From NCBI GenBank assembly GCA_964565725.1, contig CAZMGA010000001.1, positions 17,620 to 49,619 of the forward strand: a stretch of DNA of 32,000 nucleotides. The letters run 5' to 3'. The notes under the pieces were generated by a model. The model made no database searches, had not been told where the DNA came from, and saw only the letters and a list, made by a program, of their open reading frames with translations. Shown piece after piece: positions 1 through 9,759 of the stretch; position 1 is the first letter of the stretch; each line of letters begins with the position of its first letter. The position numbers were made by a program, and so were the translations under genes. The stretch is from an uncultured archaeon (GTDB lineage: Archaea > Iainarchaeota > Iainarchaeia > Iainarchaeales > 0-14-0-20-30-16).

Positions 1-1057
1 TTATTTTTGTAATAGGTATATCTCTTTGAATTCGCATCACTCTATTCCAATAAGGTATTAATGGGTAAAAACCTTTCAAAAAATTAAAAAAATCATCATC
101 ATTATATACTTTATATTTATTTTCTTTCCACAAGTTAAATAATTTAGTATTGGGCATTATTAACAAAGGATAAATTTTAAGCATATCTGGTTTAAAATAA
201 TTTTTTTTAAATAATTTAGAAAACATTTTTATATCTTTTTTAGAATCAGAATATAATCCTGGCATTATATGATACAATACTTTTAAACCGGAATCTTTTA
301 ATAATTGTGTTGATAATTTAACATCTTTAATGGTGTGGCCTCTATTTACTTTATTATAAATTTTATTAGATAATGTTTGTACACCTAATTCTATTCTTGT
401 AGCACCTAAATTTAATAAGTTTTTTATTTCTTCTTTACTGCACATATCAGGTCTGGTTTCTATAGTCAAACCTACTGGTCTATAATTACAAGTTTCTACT
501 GATTTTTTTGCAGCTTTTAATGATTTATGCTCTTTATTACTTAATGCATCATAAATTCTTTTTACAAAAAACTCTTGATAATCTAAAGGTTCATTATTAA
601 ATGTACCCCCCATAATTATTAATTCTATTTTTGAAACATCATGACCTACATTTTCTAATTGACTTATTCTATTTTTTACTTGTAAATAAGAATCATAATT
701 GTTTGCAATGGCTCTCATAGATGCTGGTTCAGAACCTGTATAACTTTGAGGCACATTCATATCTAAACCACCAGGACAAAAAATACACTTGCCATGTGGA
801 CAAACTCCTGGTCTACACATTACCGCTACAACATTTACCCCTGATAAAGAACGAGAATCTTTAATGGTTAAATATTTTTGTAGCTCTTTTTTGTTTTCTA
901 AATCACAATATTTATAAATTTCTGAATTTAGAGGTATTTTTTTTAAATTATATTTTGTCGCCAAATATATTTTTTTGTTATTCAAAGAATCAATATTAGG
1001 TTTTGATTTTAAAATAAAATCTATTAATTCTTTAGCCATTTTTTCAATAGAGGGCAA
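1..1057 (-). CDS. elp3: Elp3-family radical SAM tRNA uridine-34 modification enzyme, N-terminal part, 3' end truncated by window edge
   Basis: Absent from the ORF track because it runs off the edge. Reverse-strand reading gives ...VVAVMCRPGVCPHGKCIFCPGGLDMNVPQSYTGSEPASMRAIANNYDSY...GLTIETRPDMC...LGATRIELGVQTL...VNRGHT...YHIMPGL...MRIQRDIP, the characteristic Elp3 radical SAM core. Likely TTG start at 1057 behind GAGGTGAT; first in-frame ATG at 1039. Confidence 0.93.
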   Translation of the reverse strand, partial: MPSIEKMAKELIDFILKSKPNIDSLNNKKIYLATKYNLKKIPLNSEIYKYCDLENKKELQKYLTIKDSRSLSGVNVVAVMCRPGVCPHGKCIFCPGGLDMNVPQSYTGSEPASMRAIANNYDSYLQVKNRISQLENVGHDVSKIELIIMGGTFNNEPLDYQEFFVKRIYDALSNKEHKSLKAAKKSVETCNYRPVGLTIETRPDMCSKEEIKNLLNLGATRIELGVQTLSNKIYNKVNRGHTIKDVKLSTQLLKDSGLKVLYHIMPGLYSDSKKDIKMFSKLFKKNYFKPDMLKIYPLLIMPNTKLFNLWKENKYKVYNDDDFFNFLKGFYPLIPYWNRVMRIQRDIPITKI

Positions 1058-1067
1058 AAAATCACCT

Positions 1068-1811
1068 CTATGCTAATAAAGCTATAAAATAAGTAATTGA
1101 AGAATATAAATAAAAAATAGGATTTGCTATAAAAAAAGAATTAGCAGGTAAAGATAAAAAGTCTTGTAAATTTCTATTTATTAATATTGTTTTTTTACTT
1201 ATCAATTCTTTGTTTAAATTTTTTATATTTAAATAAAATTCTATATCATAATTTCCAGGATTTTTGGGAATAAATGAAAAATTATATTCTTTATTTGTTC
1301 TACCATCTAAAATAAAATTTATGTTAGGAAGTATGTTTTGAGGATAATTTGTACTTAAATAACCTTCAAATACGTTATCTGAATTATTAACAAAAGATAT
1401 TACTCCTTTTTTTTCTACAAATAAATTTCCTTCGTTAGTCATCAAAATATAGGTTTTTAAAAAATCTTTTGAAACTATTGCAGTTATTTTTTCAGTTATG
1501 TTTTGCTCAGATCCTTTGTAATGATAACTTATATTTATTTCATATTTACCTATTGGAGGATTTATTATTTCAAATCCATAGTATGGCCCTTTTAATTCAA
1601 AAACATTACATTTTAAAGAAGCACAATCTAAAGAATCTAAAATAATTGTTTGATTGTTTATAGAGTTTAAAAAATTTACCTCAATATTTAGACCTGGATA
1701 AATCCTTAATTCTTTACCATCAAATGAAGTAGGTAAAACAAACTCTAAAGAATAACTAAAACTTAATGTAAAAATAATTCCAAATAATAAAAATAACATT
1801 TTTTTTGCCAT
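1068..1811 (-). CDS. Hypothetical secreted/membrane-anchored protein with N-terminal signal-like segment, beta-rich ectodomain and C-terminal hydrophobic segment
   Basis: 247-aa ORF; N-term MAKKMLFLLFGIIFTLSFSYS; C-term hydrophobic IANPIFYLYSSITYFIALLA. Confidence 0.7.
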   Translation of the reverse strand: MAKKMLFLLFGIIFTLSFSYSLEFVLPTSFDGKELRIYPGLNIEVNFLNSINNQTIILDSLDCASLKCNVFELKGPYYGFEIINPPIGKYEINISYHYKGSEQNITEKITAIVSKDFLKTYILMTNEGNLFVEKKGVISFVNNSDNVFEGYLSTNYPQNILPNINFILDGRTNKEYNFSFIPKNPGNYDIEFYLNIKNLNKELISKKTILINRNLQDFLSLPANSFFIANPIFYLYSSITYFIALLA

Positions 1812-1878
1812 ATTTATAATATACCTATTGTGTTTAAAAACATTTGGTAATAATATATATTATATATAAGGTGAATTA

Positions 1879-2223
1879 ATGATATTAATTTGTAATGTGA
1901 GTAGAGGCAAAGGTAGTTGGGGACACATAACTCGTTTAATTAATGACAATTCATGGGATGCAATATATTTAGTAACTAATGATTGGTGTAAACAAAATTT
2001 TGCTCCAAAAAAAGAAGTTAATTGGATTTTAATAAATAGAAACATGGGTTTTGATTTAATGAAAAAAACTATTAAAGAACAATTACCTTCAGGAAAAGAA
2101 ATTGCTTTAAATATTATTTCCGGAGATGGAAAAGAACATATGGCTCTATTAGTAAGTTGCAAAGAAAAATATTCTAATTTTAATTATGCTATTTTAACAA
2201 AAGATGGTTTAAAATATTATTAA
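1879..2223 (+). CDS. Small conserved archaeal-type hypothetical protein, possible Rossmann/CARF-like fold
   Basis: 114-aa ORF with SRGKGSWGHITRLI...DAIYLVTNDW...PSGKEIALNIISGDGKEHMALLVS. Preferred over the low-complexity antisense ORF 1860..2162. Confidence 0.65.
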   Translation: MILICNVSRGKGSWGHITRLINDNSWDAIYLVTNDWCKQNFAPKKEVNWILINRNMGFDLMKKTIKEQLPSGKEIALNIISGDGKEHMALLVSCKEKYSNFNYAILTKDGLKYY

Positions 2224-3360
2224 TTATTTTTTAAAGTTATTATAATTTTCAATTATTAATTTTTTATATTTTGCAAATTCGCTTTTTTTAATAAAGAATC
2301 CAGCTGCAACGCTATGCCCTCCTCCAACTAATGTTTTACAGGTTTGTTTTGCAAAGTTTCCCAAAACAACTAAATCTATTATTTGAGATCTTGAAGAAAT
2401 ATTATAGCCTTTTTCTTTTTTATTTTCAAATGCTAAAAAGGTGGTTGTACCTGGATAAACTACTTGTAAATTTACGTTTATATTTAATTTATATTTTTTA
2501 TCTTTTTCTCTTAATTCTAAAAATATTAAATCTTCAACTCTAAAAATATTTCTAAAAATTCTGTTCAATGCTTTATTAACTCTTTCATTTTGTTTGTTTA
2601 ATTTTTTATAAAACTTTTCAGGCAATAATATAATTGATTGTAAATCTTTATCAGTTTCTAAAAATAATTTTTCAAAGGCCCATAAAGAACCAAATTCGGG
2701 GTCAGTTAATTGAAAACAAATTGTATTTAATATATTGTTTGATGGAACAATATAACCTCCATTTACAAAATATTCTGAATTGTTTTTTTCAATACCCAAA
2801 TATATTAAAGAACCAATTGGAAACCAATCAGACATTGATGAGGCAAAAGCTATTTTTTCTAAAATTTCATCTTTGCCAAACATAAATCTATATGCACAAT
2901 AAACTAAAGCGCAAGCACAACAATTTTCTTTTGATTTCATTTCATCGTGATACATAGGGTTTATTATCAAATCAAAAGATTCTAATTTGCAATCTTCATT
3001 AATTTTATGATGATCAATTACTCCTATAAAAGTATTTTTTAAAAAAGAATAATCATTAAGTGAAAAGTCTAACAAAAAAATATATTTAAAAGTTTGTAAA
3101 TATTTTTGTTTTTCAATATTGTTTTTAATTAAACCTCTAAAATCGTGATCTACAAAAATTACTTGAAAATCTTTTTTATATTCAAATCCTAATTTTCTTA
3201 ATATTTTTGCAAATATTGCTGCTGCAGGAATTCCATCCCCATCATTGTCAGCAATAATTAAAATATTGTCATTTTTTTTAATATTTTCTAAGACGGTTTT
3301 TAATTCTTCAAATTTTTCTTGCATTGGAATATAACTTTCTACTTTACTAACCACAAACAC
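2224..3360 (-). CDS. DHH/DHHA1-family phosphoesterase (archaeal RecJ-like)
   Basis: 378 aa with ILIIADNDGDGIPAAAIF (DHH motif I-like), IFLLDFS, VIDHHKI (DHH) and C-terminal GGGHSVAAGFF (DHHA1 glycine motif). Confidence 0.88.
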   Translation of the reverse strand: MFVVSKVESYIPMQEKFEELKTVLENIKKNDNILIIADNDGDGIPAAAIFAKILRKLGFEYKKDFQVIFVDHDFRGLIKNNIEKQKYLQTFKYIFLLDFSLNDYSFLKNTFIGVIDHHKINEDCKLESFDLIINPMYHDEMKSKENCCACALVYCAYRFMFGKDEILEKIAFASSMSDWFPIGSLIYLGIEKNNSEYFVNGGYIVPSNNILNTICFQLTDPEFGSLWAFEKLFLETDKDLQSIILLPEKFYKKLNKQNERVNKALNRIFRNIFRVEDLIFLELREKDKKYKLNINVNLQVVYPGTTTFLAFENKKEKGYNISSRSQIIDLVVLGNFAKQTCKTLVGGGHSVAAGFFIKKSEFAKYKKLIIENYNNFKK

Positions 3361-3388
3361 ACCACAAATACTTTTAATAAATATTAAC

Positions 3389-4308
3389 TTAACAATTTAA
3401 CTTTATATCCTTTTTCATATTTATTTTTTTGTTTTTTAAATCATAATATTTTGGATCTACAAATCTAAACTTTTTAGTTAATTCTAAGTCAAAATCTATT
3501 TCTACTAATTTATAATCTAAAACTTTAAATATTTTATTTAGTTGGAATTCAACATATTTATCATTAGAATTTAACAATAAGTCTAAAATATACTGATCAT
3601 CTTTATTTAAATCTAGTAAAGAAATAATATTTTTTTCTGCAGAATACTTCAATAAATTTGCAGTTAACTCATATCTTATTATATTTTCTATTGATCCCCA
3701 ATGCTCTAATTGCAAATCAAAATAATATTTTGCAAATAATTCTGCGCTTTTTTTATTTTTAAAAATGATTTCTTTATTTTTAACAATTAAATTATTATAA
3801 CAATATATAGCGCCAGCTTTAGACTTTCTTTGATATACTTCTCTTAAAGTATAATCTATTCTATCGGCACATAAGTGAGGAGCTTTTCTTTCTAATAATA
3901 AAAAGTTTGATTCGTCTAAAATATAATCAAAACTTAACATATGTTTTTTAAATAATTTTGGAATATTTGTTTTTTCTAAAATTCTTTTAAAATATTATCT
4001 CCATACTCTTCCTCTTTATTTTTGTATAAAAAATCAACTACGTGTGAAAAAGCAGCGTGGGATGCATCATTTAATAAACCAGCAATTTGTTCTTCTAAAG
4101 AAGCATTTAATTTTCTTAATAATAACATAACACCTATAGAATGATCATATCTAGTAAATGTTTTTCTATAATAATATTTTTGTGGTAAGCCGTGTTGCCA
4201 AATTTTTTTTAATCTTTGTATTGGTTTAGAATTAATTAATTCTATTAATATAGGTTCAGTAATTTCAAACTTACCATATAGAGGATCTTTTATTTTAATT
4301 GTGTTCAT
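3389..4308 (-). pseudogene. HD-superfamily phosphohydrolase-like gene broken by a -1 frameshift (fragments 3976..4308 and 3389..3940)
   Basis: Upstream fragment: MNTIKIKDPLYGKFEITEPILIELINSKPIQRLKKIWQHGL...YDHSIGVMLLL...AGLLNDASHAAFSH, ending GDNILKEF*. Reading -1 continues without a stop as LEKQIFPKLFKKHMLSFDYILDESNFLLLERKAPHLCADRIDYTLREV, the expected C-terminal half. The HD dyad reads ND. Confidence 0.75.
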
Positions 4309-4316
4309 AATTTCAC

Positions 4317-5360
4317 TTAATAATATAAAAATGCAATAATTCCTGAAAAACTAGATATAATTTTACCAGAATCACTATTTGATGAAACTATTTTATAATC
4401 TATCTTTTTATTATCTAATTTTAACAAAAAATCTTTTAATTCTTCAAAATTATTTTTAAAAAAATCATCTGTAATTAAAACTAATTTTAATGCGTTTTTT
4501 TCATTAGCCTGTTTAATTTCTTCAAAACCATATGCAACTGGTTTTTCTTTCGACAAATCTTTTAAAAATTCATTTATTAGTTGAGTATTTTGTTGTGCTG
4601 CATTATCATTTAAGATATTATTTAATATACCTCCATTTAATGCTTCTCTAATTCCAGATATTCCTGGAGAACCTATGTTTGTAAATATAAATTTAGACTG
4701 CTGTTTTTTTTCTAAATTTTTTTCTAACAAATATTTTTGAAAATTGTCTTTTTCAAAGCCTGGCCCCCCAACTATTACTGTTTCATAATCAGAATTTAAA
4801 AATATTTTTAAAATACTTGAAAAATATTCAATTCTATTTTTATTTCTTAAATCAGGATTTTTTTTACCACTGCCTTTGAATTTAATTTCTGCAATAAGGG
4901 TATAATTGCAATCGTTTAATTTTGCAATTAATGCAGAATCATCATCTAAAATTAAAAACATTATTTTTTTATTGTATATTTTATTTAAAGAATTGTTTAA
5001 CATTTTTTTGTGTAATTCCAAAAATAAATTTTTAGTTATTGATATTGTATCTCCAAAAGATAAATCAAAAGAATGATATTCTCCAATATTTACATATTCT
5101 AAAGGAACCCCATCTATAATTTTTCCCAATATTTTTAATATTCCTAACTCAAAATTCAAATCTATTTTTTCAGCTTTTATTTTTAAAAATACAGTTTTCT
5201 TTTCACTATTTTCACTATCATTTACACGAAAACGTCTAGTTGTTTTTCCACCAACAACATCATTTTGAGATATAAATATGTTTAAAAACCACAAATCATC
5301 TAGGGTTTCAACACCAAACTCAAAAAACAAGGTTTTAAAATCTTTTTTATATACTTTCAT
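4317..5360 (-). CDS. pelA: Pelota/Dom34 mRNA surveillance ribosome-rescue factor
   Basis: MKVYKKDFKTLFFEFGVETLDDLWFLNIFISQNDVVGGKTTRRFRV...VFLKIKAEKIDLN...LRILGKI-like and GEYHSFDL segments match Pelota. The track ORF starts at 5429, but the Pelota-like Met is at 5360. Confidence 0.93.
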   Translation of the reverse strand: MKVYKKDFKTLFFEFGVETLDDLWFLNIFISQNDVVGGKTTRRFRVNDSENSEKKTVFLKIKAEKIDLNFELGILKILGKIIDGVPLEYVNIGEYHSFDLSFGDTISITKNLFLELHKKMLNNSLNKIYNKKIMFLILDDDSALIAKLNDCNYTLIAEIKFKGSGKKNPDLRNKNRIEYFSSILKIFLNSDYETVIVGGPGFEKDNFQKYLLEKNLEKKQQSKFIFTNIGSPGISGIREALNGGILNNILNDNAAQQNTQLINEFLKDLSKEKPVAYGFEEIKQANEKNALKLVLITDDFFKNNFEELKDFLLKLDNKKIDYKIVSSNSDSGKIISSFSGIIAFLYY

Positions 5361-5407
5361 ATAATATATATAAAATAAAATGTTTAAAAAATGTGTTAAG
5401 GGATTGA

Positions 5408-7141
5408 ATGTATAAAAAACGTATTGCAATTATAGACCAAAAAAAATGTAAACCAAAACTTTGTGGAGAAATTTGCATTAAATTATGTCCTATGCTAAGA
5501 TTAAACAAAAAGGCAATTTATAATGAAAATGATGAAATAAAAATAGAGGAAGGTTTGTGTTCTGGTTGTGGTATTTGTTCTACAAAATGTCCTTTTGATG
5601 CAATAAAAATAATTAATTTGGAATTAAATTTGGATAATCCTTTACATCAATATGGCGAAAATAGATTTAGATTGTTTAGATTTTTAGAATTACCAAAAAA
5701 TGGCAATTTAGGTATAATAGGACAAAATGGAATTGGAAAAAGTACCATAATAAAAATTCTTGCGGGCCAAATTATTCCTAATATGGGGGATTATAAAAAC
5801 AATAATATAAACTATGAAAATATAATTAATTTTTACAAAGGAAAAGAAAATCAAAAAATATTTTTAGAATTAAAAAATAATAATTTTGATTTTGCATATA
5901 AACCCCAAAATATAGAATTAATTCCTAAAACATTTTCTGGGACTGTTTTAAGCTTATTAAAAAAATGTGATAAAAAGGACAATTTAAAAAATATAATTAT
6001 TGACTGGAATTTAGAAAATATATTAGATAAAGATATTAAATTTTTGTCAGGTGGAGAATTACAAAAAGTTGCAATTGTTGCAACTGTTTTAAAAAATGCA
6101 AATTTAAGTTTTTTTGATGAACCAAGTTCATTTTTAGACATTAAACAAAGATTTTTATTTGCAAAAAATATTCAAAATGAAAAAAAAAATATAATTATAG
6201 AACATGATTTGGCGATATTAGATTATATATCTGATTATATAAATATTTTATTTGGTAAATCTCACGCTTACGGAGTAGTTAGTCATATAAAAAATACTAA
6301 TGTAGGAATAAACGAATTTTTAGAGGGTTATATAAAAGATGAAAATTTAAAATTTAGAAATTATAATTTGAATGTAGAATACACACCTTCAAATATTAAA
6401 CATAAAGATATTTTGTTTAGTTATCCTGAAAAAGAAATTAATTTAGGCAATTTTAATTTAAAATATAAATCTAGCGATGTTTATAGCAATCAAATTATAG
6501 GAATCTTAGGAGAAAATGGAACTGGAAAAACAACTTTCATAAAAGATATTTTAAAAAATAATAAAAATAATACTTTAAAATTTGCATATAAACCTCAAAG
6601 TTTATCTTTTGATACTAATATTATGAACTTACCAGTTTTTCTTTATTTAAAAGATGGAAATCAAGAAATATTAAAAGAATTATGGGATAAATTAAACATA
6701 GAAAGAATAAAAAATTATAAACTAAGTGAATTAAATGGAGGAGACTTGCAAAAAGTAATTGTTTGCAAAACTCTTTGTGAAGATGCGAATGTATATTTGA
6801 TTGATGAACCTTCTGCATTTTTAGATGTTGAAGAAAGATTAAATGTAGCAAAAGTTATAAGAAATGTAATTTTCAAAAAAAATAAAATTGCTTTTGTAAT
6901 AGATCACGATATTTTGTTTATTGATTTTATATCTGATAATTTATTAATTTTTGACGGTTTGCCTGGAAAAGAAGGACGTGTATTTAATATAATGAATAAA
7001 AAAGAAGGTATGAATCTTTTTTTGAAAAAACTAAATATAACATATAGAAAAGATCCTATAACTAAAAGACCAAGAATAAATAAAATAGACTCTAGTAAAG
7101 ATAAAGAACAAAAAAATAATAATAATTTTTATGAAAATTAA
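5408..7141 (+). CDS. abce1: ABCE1/Rli1 ribosome-recycling ATPase with N-terminal Fe-S domain and two ABC domains
   Basis: Ferredoxin-like Cys pattern (CKPKLCGEICIKLCPML; CSGCGICSTKCPFDAI); Walker A GQNGIGKST and GENGTGKTT; signatures LSGGELQKV and LNGGDLQKV. Confidence 0.97.
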   Translation: MYKKRIAIIDQKKCKPKLCGEICIKLCPMLRLNKKAIYNENDEIKIEEGLCSGCGICSTKCPFDAIKIINLELNLDNPLHQYGENRFRLFRFLELPKNGNLGIIGQNGIGKSTIIKILAGQIIPNMGDYKNNNINYENIINFYKGKENQKIFLELKNNNFDFAYKPQNIELIPKTFSGTVLSLLKKCDKKDNLKNIIIDWNLENILDKDIKFLSGGELQKVAIVATVLKNANLSFFDEPSSFLDIKQRFLFAKNIQNEKKNIIIEHDLAILDYISDYINILFGKSHAYGVVSHIKNTNVGINEFLEGYIKDENLKFRNYNLNVEYTPSNIKHKDILFSYPEKEINLGNFNLKYKSSDVYSNQIIGILGENGTGKTTFIKDILKNNKNNTLKFAYKPQSLSFDTNIMNLPVFLYLKDGNQEILKELWDKLNIERIKNYKLSELNGGDLQKVIVCKTLCEDANVYLIDEPSAFLDVEERLNVAKVIRNVIFKKNKIAFVIDHDILFIDFISDNLLIFDGLPGKEGRVFNIMNKKEGMNLFLKKLNITYRKDPITKRPRINKIDSSKDKEQKNNNNFYEN

Positions 7142-7179
7142 AATGTTTATTTTATAAATACTTTGTATCCTATAATAAT

Positions 7180-7707
7180 ATGCAAGAACTTCTAGATTTA
7201 AATGTTGTTAAAGATTATTTAAATAAAATAGATGATAATGCATATGATCTTTTAAAAGAATGGAGCAAAAATTCATCAATAAAAAATGATGAAAAATTAG
7301 CAGAAATGATGAATCAAAAGGTAACAATTATTAGAACAACTTTAAATAAATTAAGTTTTAGAGGAATAATAACTTACGAAAAAGAAAAAGATCAAAATTC
7401 AGGTTGGTATAATTTTTATTGGAATATTAACTTTAAAAAATTAGCAACTTTAATAACTAAAGAACATTTAGAAAGAAGAGATAAATTAAAAACAAAATTA
7501 AATCAATTACAAGATTATGATTTTTTTACTTGCAATAATGTATGTAAAGAAATTCCATTTGAAATTGCAGCAGAATACAATTTTAATTGTCCTCACTGCA
7601 ATCAAAATTTAGCAATGATTGATAAAAAAATTCATGGCAAAAAAATTGTTGATGAAATATCACAAATAGAACAAGATTTGGTATTTATAAAAAAAATATA
7701 TAACTAA
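7180..7707 (+). CDS. tfe: Transcription factor E (TFIIE-alpha homolog)
   Basis: 175 aa: N-terminal winged helix (LAEMMNQKVTIIRTTLNKLSFRGIITYEKEKDQNSGWYNFYWNIN), then zinc ribbon YNFNCPHCNQNLA. Confidence 0.9.
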   Translation: MQELLDLNVVKDYLNKIDDNAYDLLKEWSKNSSIKNDEKLAEMMNQKVTIIRTTLNKLSFRGIITYEKEKDQNSGWYNFYWNINFKKLATLITKEHLERRDKLKTKLNQLQDYDFFTCNNVCKEIPFEIAAEYNFNCPHCNQNLAMIDKKIHGKKIVDEISQIEQDLVFIKKIYN

Positions 7708-7782
7708 AGCGAGGTAGGGCAGCTTGGAGTGCCCGCCGGGCTCATAACCCGGAGGTCGTTGGTTCAAATCCAACCCTCGCTA
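7708..7782 (+). tRNA. Initiator tRNA-Met (anticodon CAT, 7743-7745)
   Basis: Cloverleaf readable by eye: acceptor AGCGAGG/CCTCGCT with A1:U72, D-stem GGGC/GCCC, anticodon stem CCGGG-CTCATAA-CCCGG containing the three consecutive G:C pairs typical of initiator tRNA, T-arm GTTGG-TTCAAAT-CCAAC, discriminator A, CCA not encoded. Confidence 0.96.
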
Positions 7783-7816
7783 TACTTTTTAAATCTTATT
7801 TATTTTAATATATAAT

Positions 7817-8800
7817 ATGAATTCTAAAAATAAAACAATTATATCCTGTATAATTCCAGCATATAATGAAGAAAAGAACATAGAAAATGTATTAAAAGTA
7901 ATTACCACTTATAAAAAATTTGATGAAATCATTATTATGGATGATTGTTCAAAAGACAATACAAAACTAGTTTGTGAAAAATTTGCTAAAAAAGATTCTA
8001 GAATTACAGTAATTACTAATAAAAAAAATTTGGGAAAAACTCATAATGTAATTAAAGGGATTGAAAAAAGCTTGGGAAAAATAATTGTTTTGATTGATGC
8101 CGATTTAATAAATTTAACTAAAAAAAATATAACTTCACTAATAACGCCGGTAATTACCAACAAATATGATTTAACTATTTTAGATAGAGCTGGCGATAGA
8201 ACTCCAATGTGGGGTTGGACTAATTGTGCCAGATTTGAAGGTGGCGAAAGAGCTTTTTTTAAAAAAGATTTCTTAAAAATAGACTTTAAAGACGCCCCCG
8301 GATATTTATTAGAAATAGTAATGAATGTACATTACATGAATCAAAAAAAGAGAATTTTAACAATTTATTGTAAAAATTTAGATACTGTGCACCAATATGA
8401 TAAAATTAACAAAATAGAAGGATATAAAAATTATATTAAAATGAGTAAAAATATATTAAAAAAGGCTGGATTATTAAAATATTTAGAACAGATAATCAAA
8501 ATAGAAGAAGATAGGCTTAAAAAAATTTATAAAATATCTAATAAAAAGTATTATAATATTGTAGGAATACCATCAGTAATTACTCTTGGTTTTTTATTAG
8601 GATTATACACTTTTGTTGAATTAAACATAATTAAACAAAAAAATAATTTAAGTAAACATAACAAAAAGAGTAATTCCAGTAATTACCGTTATTACTATCA
8701 AAAAATTAATGAAATGTATTTAAAATTGTTAAAAATTAAACAAATACCCAAAATAATTAAAAACACAAGTATTAGGACGTTAAACAAATTTAAAAAATAA
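7817..8800 (+). CDS. Family 2 glycosyltransferase
   Basis: ISCIIPAYNEEKNIENVLKV, DEIIIMDDCSKDNT, NLGKTHNVIKGIEKS, IIVLIDADL. Confidence 0.9.
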   Translation: MNSKNKTIISCIIPAYNEEKNIENVLKVITTYKKFDEIIIMDDCSKDNTKLVCEKFAKKDSRITVITNKKNLGKTHNVIKGIEKSLGKIIVLIDADLINLTKKNITSLITPVITNKYDLTILDRAGDRTPMWGWTNCARFEGGERAFFKKDFLKIDFKDAPGYLLEIVMNVHYMNQKKRILTIYCKNLDTVHQYDKINKIEGYKNYIKMSKNILKKAGLLKYLEQIIKIEEDRLKKIYKISNKKYYNIVGIPSVITLGFLLGLYTFVELNIIKQKNNLSKHNKKSNSSNYRYYYQKINEMYLKLLKIKQIPKIIKNTSIRTLNKFKK

Positions 8801-8810
8801 AGTGTAGATT

Positions 8811-9758
8811 ATGAAAAACAGCATTAATAAAATTAAATTGGGCGAATTAAGTTTGAAAAATAACTTATTTTTGGCCCCTATGTTAGGTTTTACTAATTTT
8901 GCTTTTAGAGAACTTATTCAAAAAACTTCTAATATTTCAACAATTACAGAAATGATCCCTATAAATGCATTAAGTAAAGACTGTAATTACTGTAAAGACT
9001 TAATAATTAGAGGTAATTACGAAAAAAACCTAGGATACCAATTTTTTGGTAATGACGAAAATAAATTTGTTAAAAGTATAGAAAATTTGGAAAAAATGGA
9101 TATTAAAATAGATTATATTAACTTAAATTGTGGTTGTCCTGCTACAGATATTATAAAACAAGGGGCTGGTAGTGCTTTATTAAATAGAGAATCAAAAATA
9201 AAAAATATTATTGAAAAAACAAAAGAATGTTTTGATTATCCTTTTACTATAAAAATAAGAACAGGTTATGATTATGAAAAACATTTAAACTATAAAGAAT
9301 TGGAGGGCTCTGGTTTGGATGCAATTTTTTTACATGGAAGAACTAAAAAACAACAATATTCTGGAGAAATAAATTTGGAATATATAAAAGAGGTTAAAGA
9401 AAAAACAAATATTCCTATTATTGCAAACGGAGATATAAGAAATATAGAAGATATAAATAGAATCTATGAATATACTAAATGCGATGGTTTTATGATTGGT
9501 AGAAAGGCATTATTTAATCCATTTATTTTTGAAGAAATTTTATATAAAAACAAAAAAAAGTTTGAAGACAAAATATTTTTTTTAGAAGAATATTACAAAT
9601 TATTAGAATTTAAAGATGTAAAAACAAAATTTAAAGATGTAAAAAATTTGAGTTTATTTTTTGCGAGAAATATAGATAATATTGCAGAAGTTAGAAAAAA
9701 TTTGGCAAAATCTCAAAGATTTGATGAAATCATAGGAATACTTAAAAAGGTTTGTTAA
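8811..9758 (+). CDS. dus: tRNA-dihydrouridine synthase
   Basis: LFLAPMLGFTNFAFREL, YINLNCGCPATDIIKQGAGSALL, PFTIKIRTGYD, IFLHGRTKKQQYSG, IPIIANGDI, CDGFMIGRKA. Confidence 0.95.
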   Translation: MKNSINKIKLGELSLKNNLFLAPMLGFTNFAFRELIQKTSNISTITEMIPINALSKDCNYCKDLIIRGNYEKNLGYQFFGNDENKFVKSIENLEKMDIKIDYINLNCGCPATDIIKQGAGSALLNRESKIKNIIEKTKECFDYPFTIKIRTGYDYEKHLNYKELEGSGLDAIFLHGRTKKQQYSGEINLEYIKEVKEKTNIPIIANGDIRNIEDINRIYEYTKCDGFMIGRKALFNPFIFEEILYKNKKKFEDKIFFLEEYYKLLEFKDVKTKFKDVKNLSLFFARNIDNIAEVRKNLAKSQRFDEIIGILKKVC

Positions 9759-9759
9759 T

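Noticed and set aside
1860-2162. 100-aa minus ORF overlapping 1879..2223(+)
   Set aside because: The plus ORF has coherent motifs (SRGKGSW, SGDGKEHMA); the minus ORF is a hydrophobic shadow.
5851-6851. Minus ORFs 5851..6141 and 6621..6851 within ABCE1
   Set aside because: Antisense to ABC ATPase motifs; no independent support.
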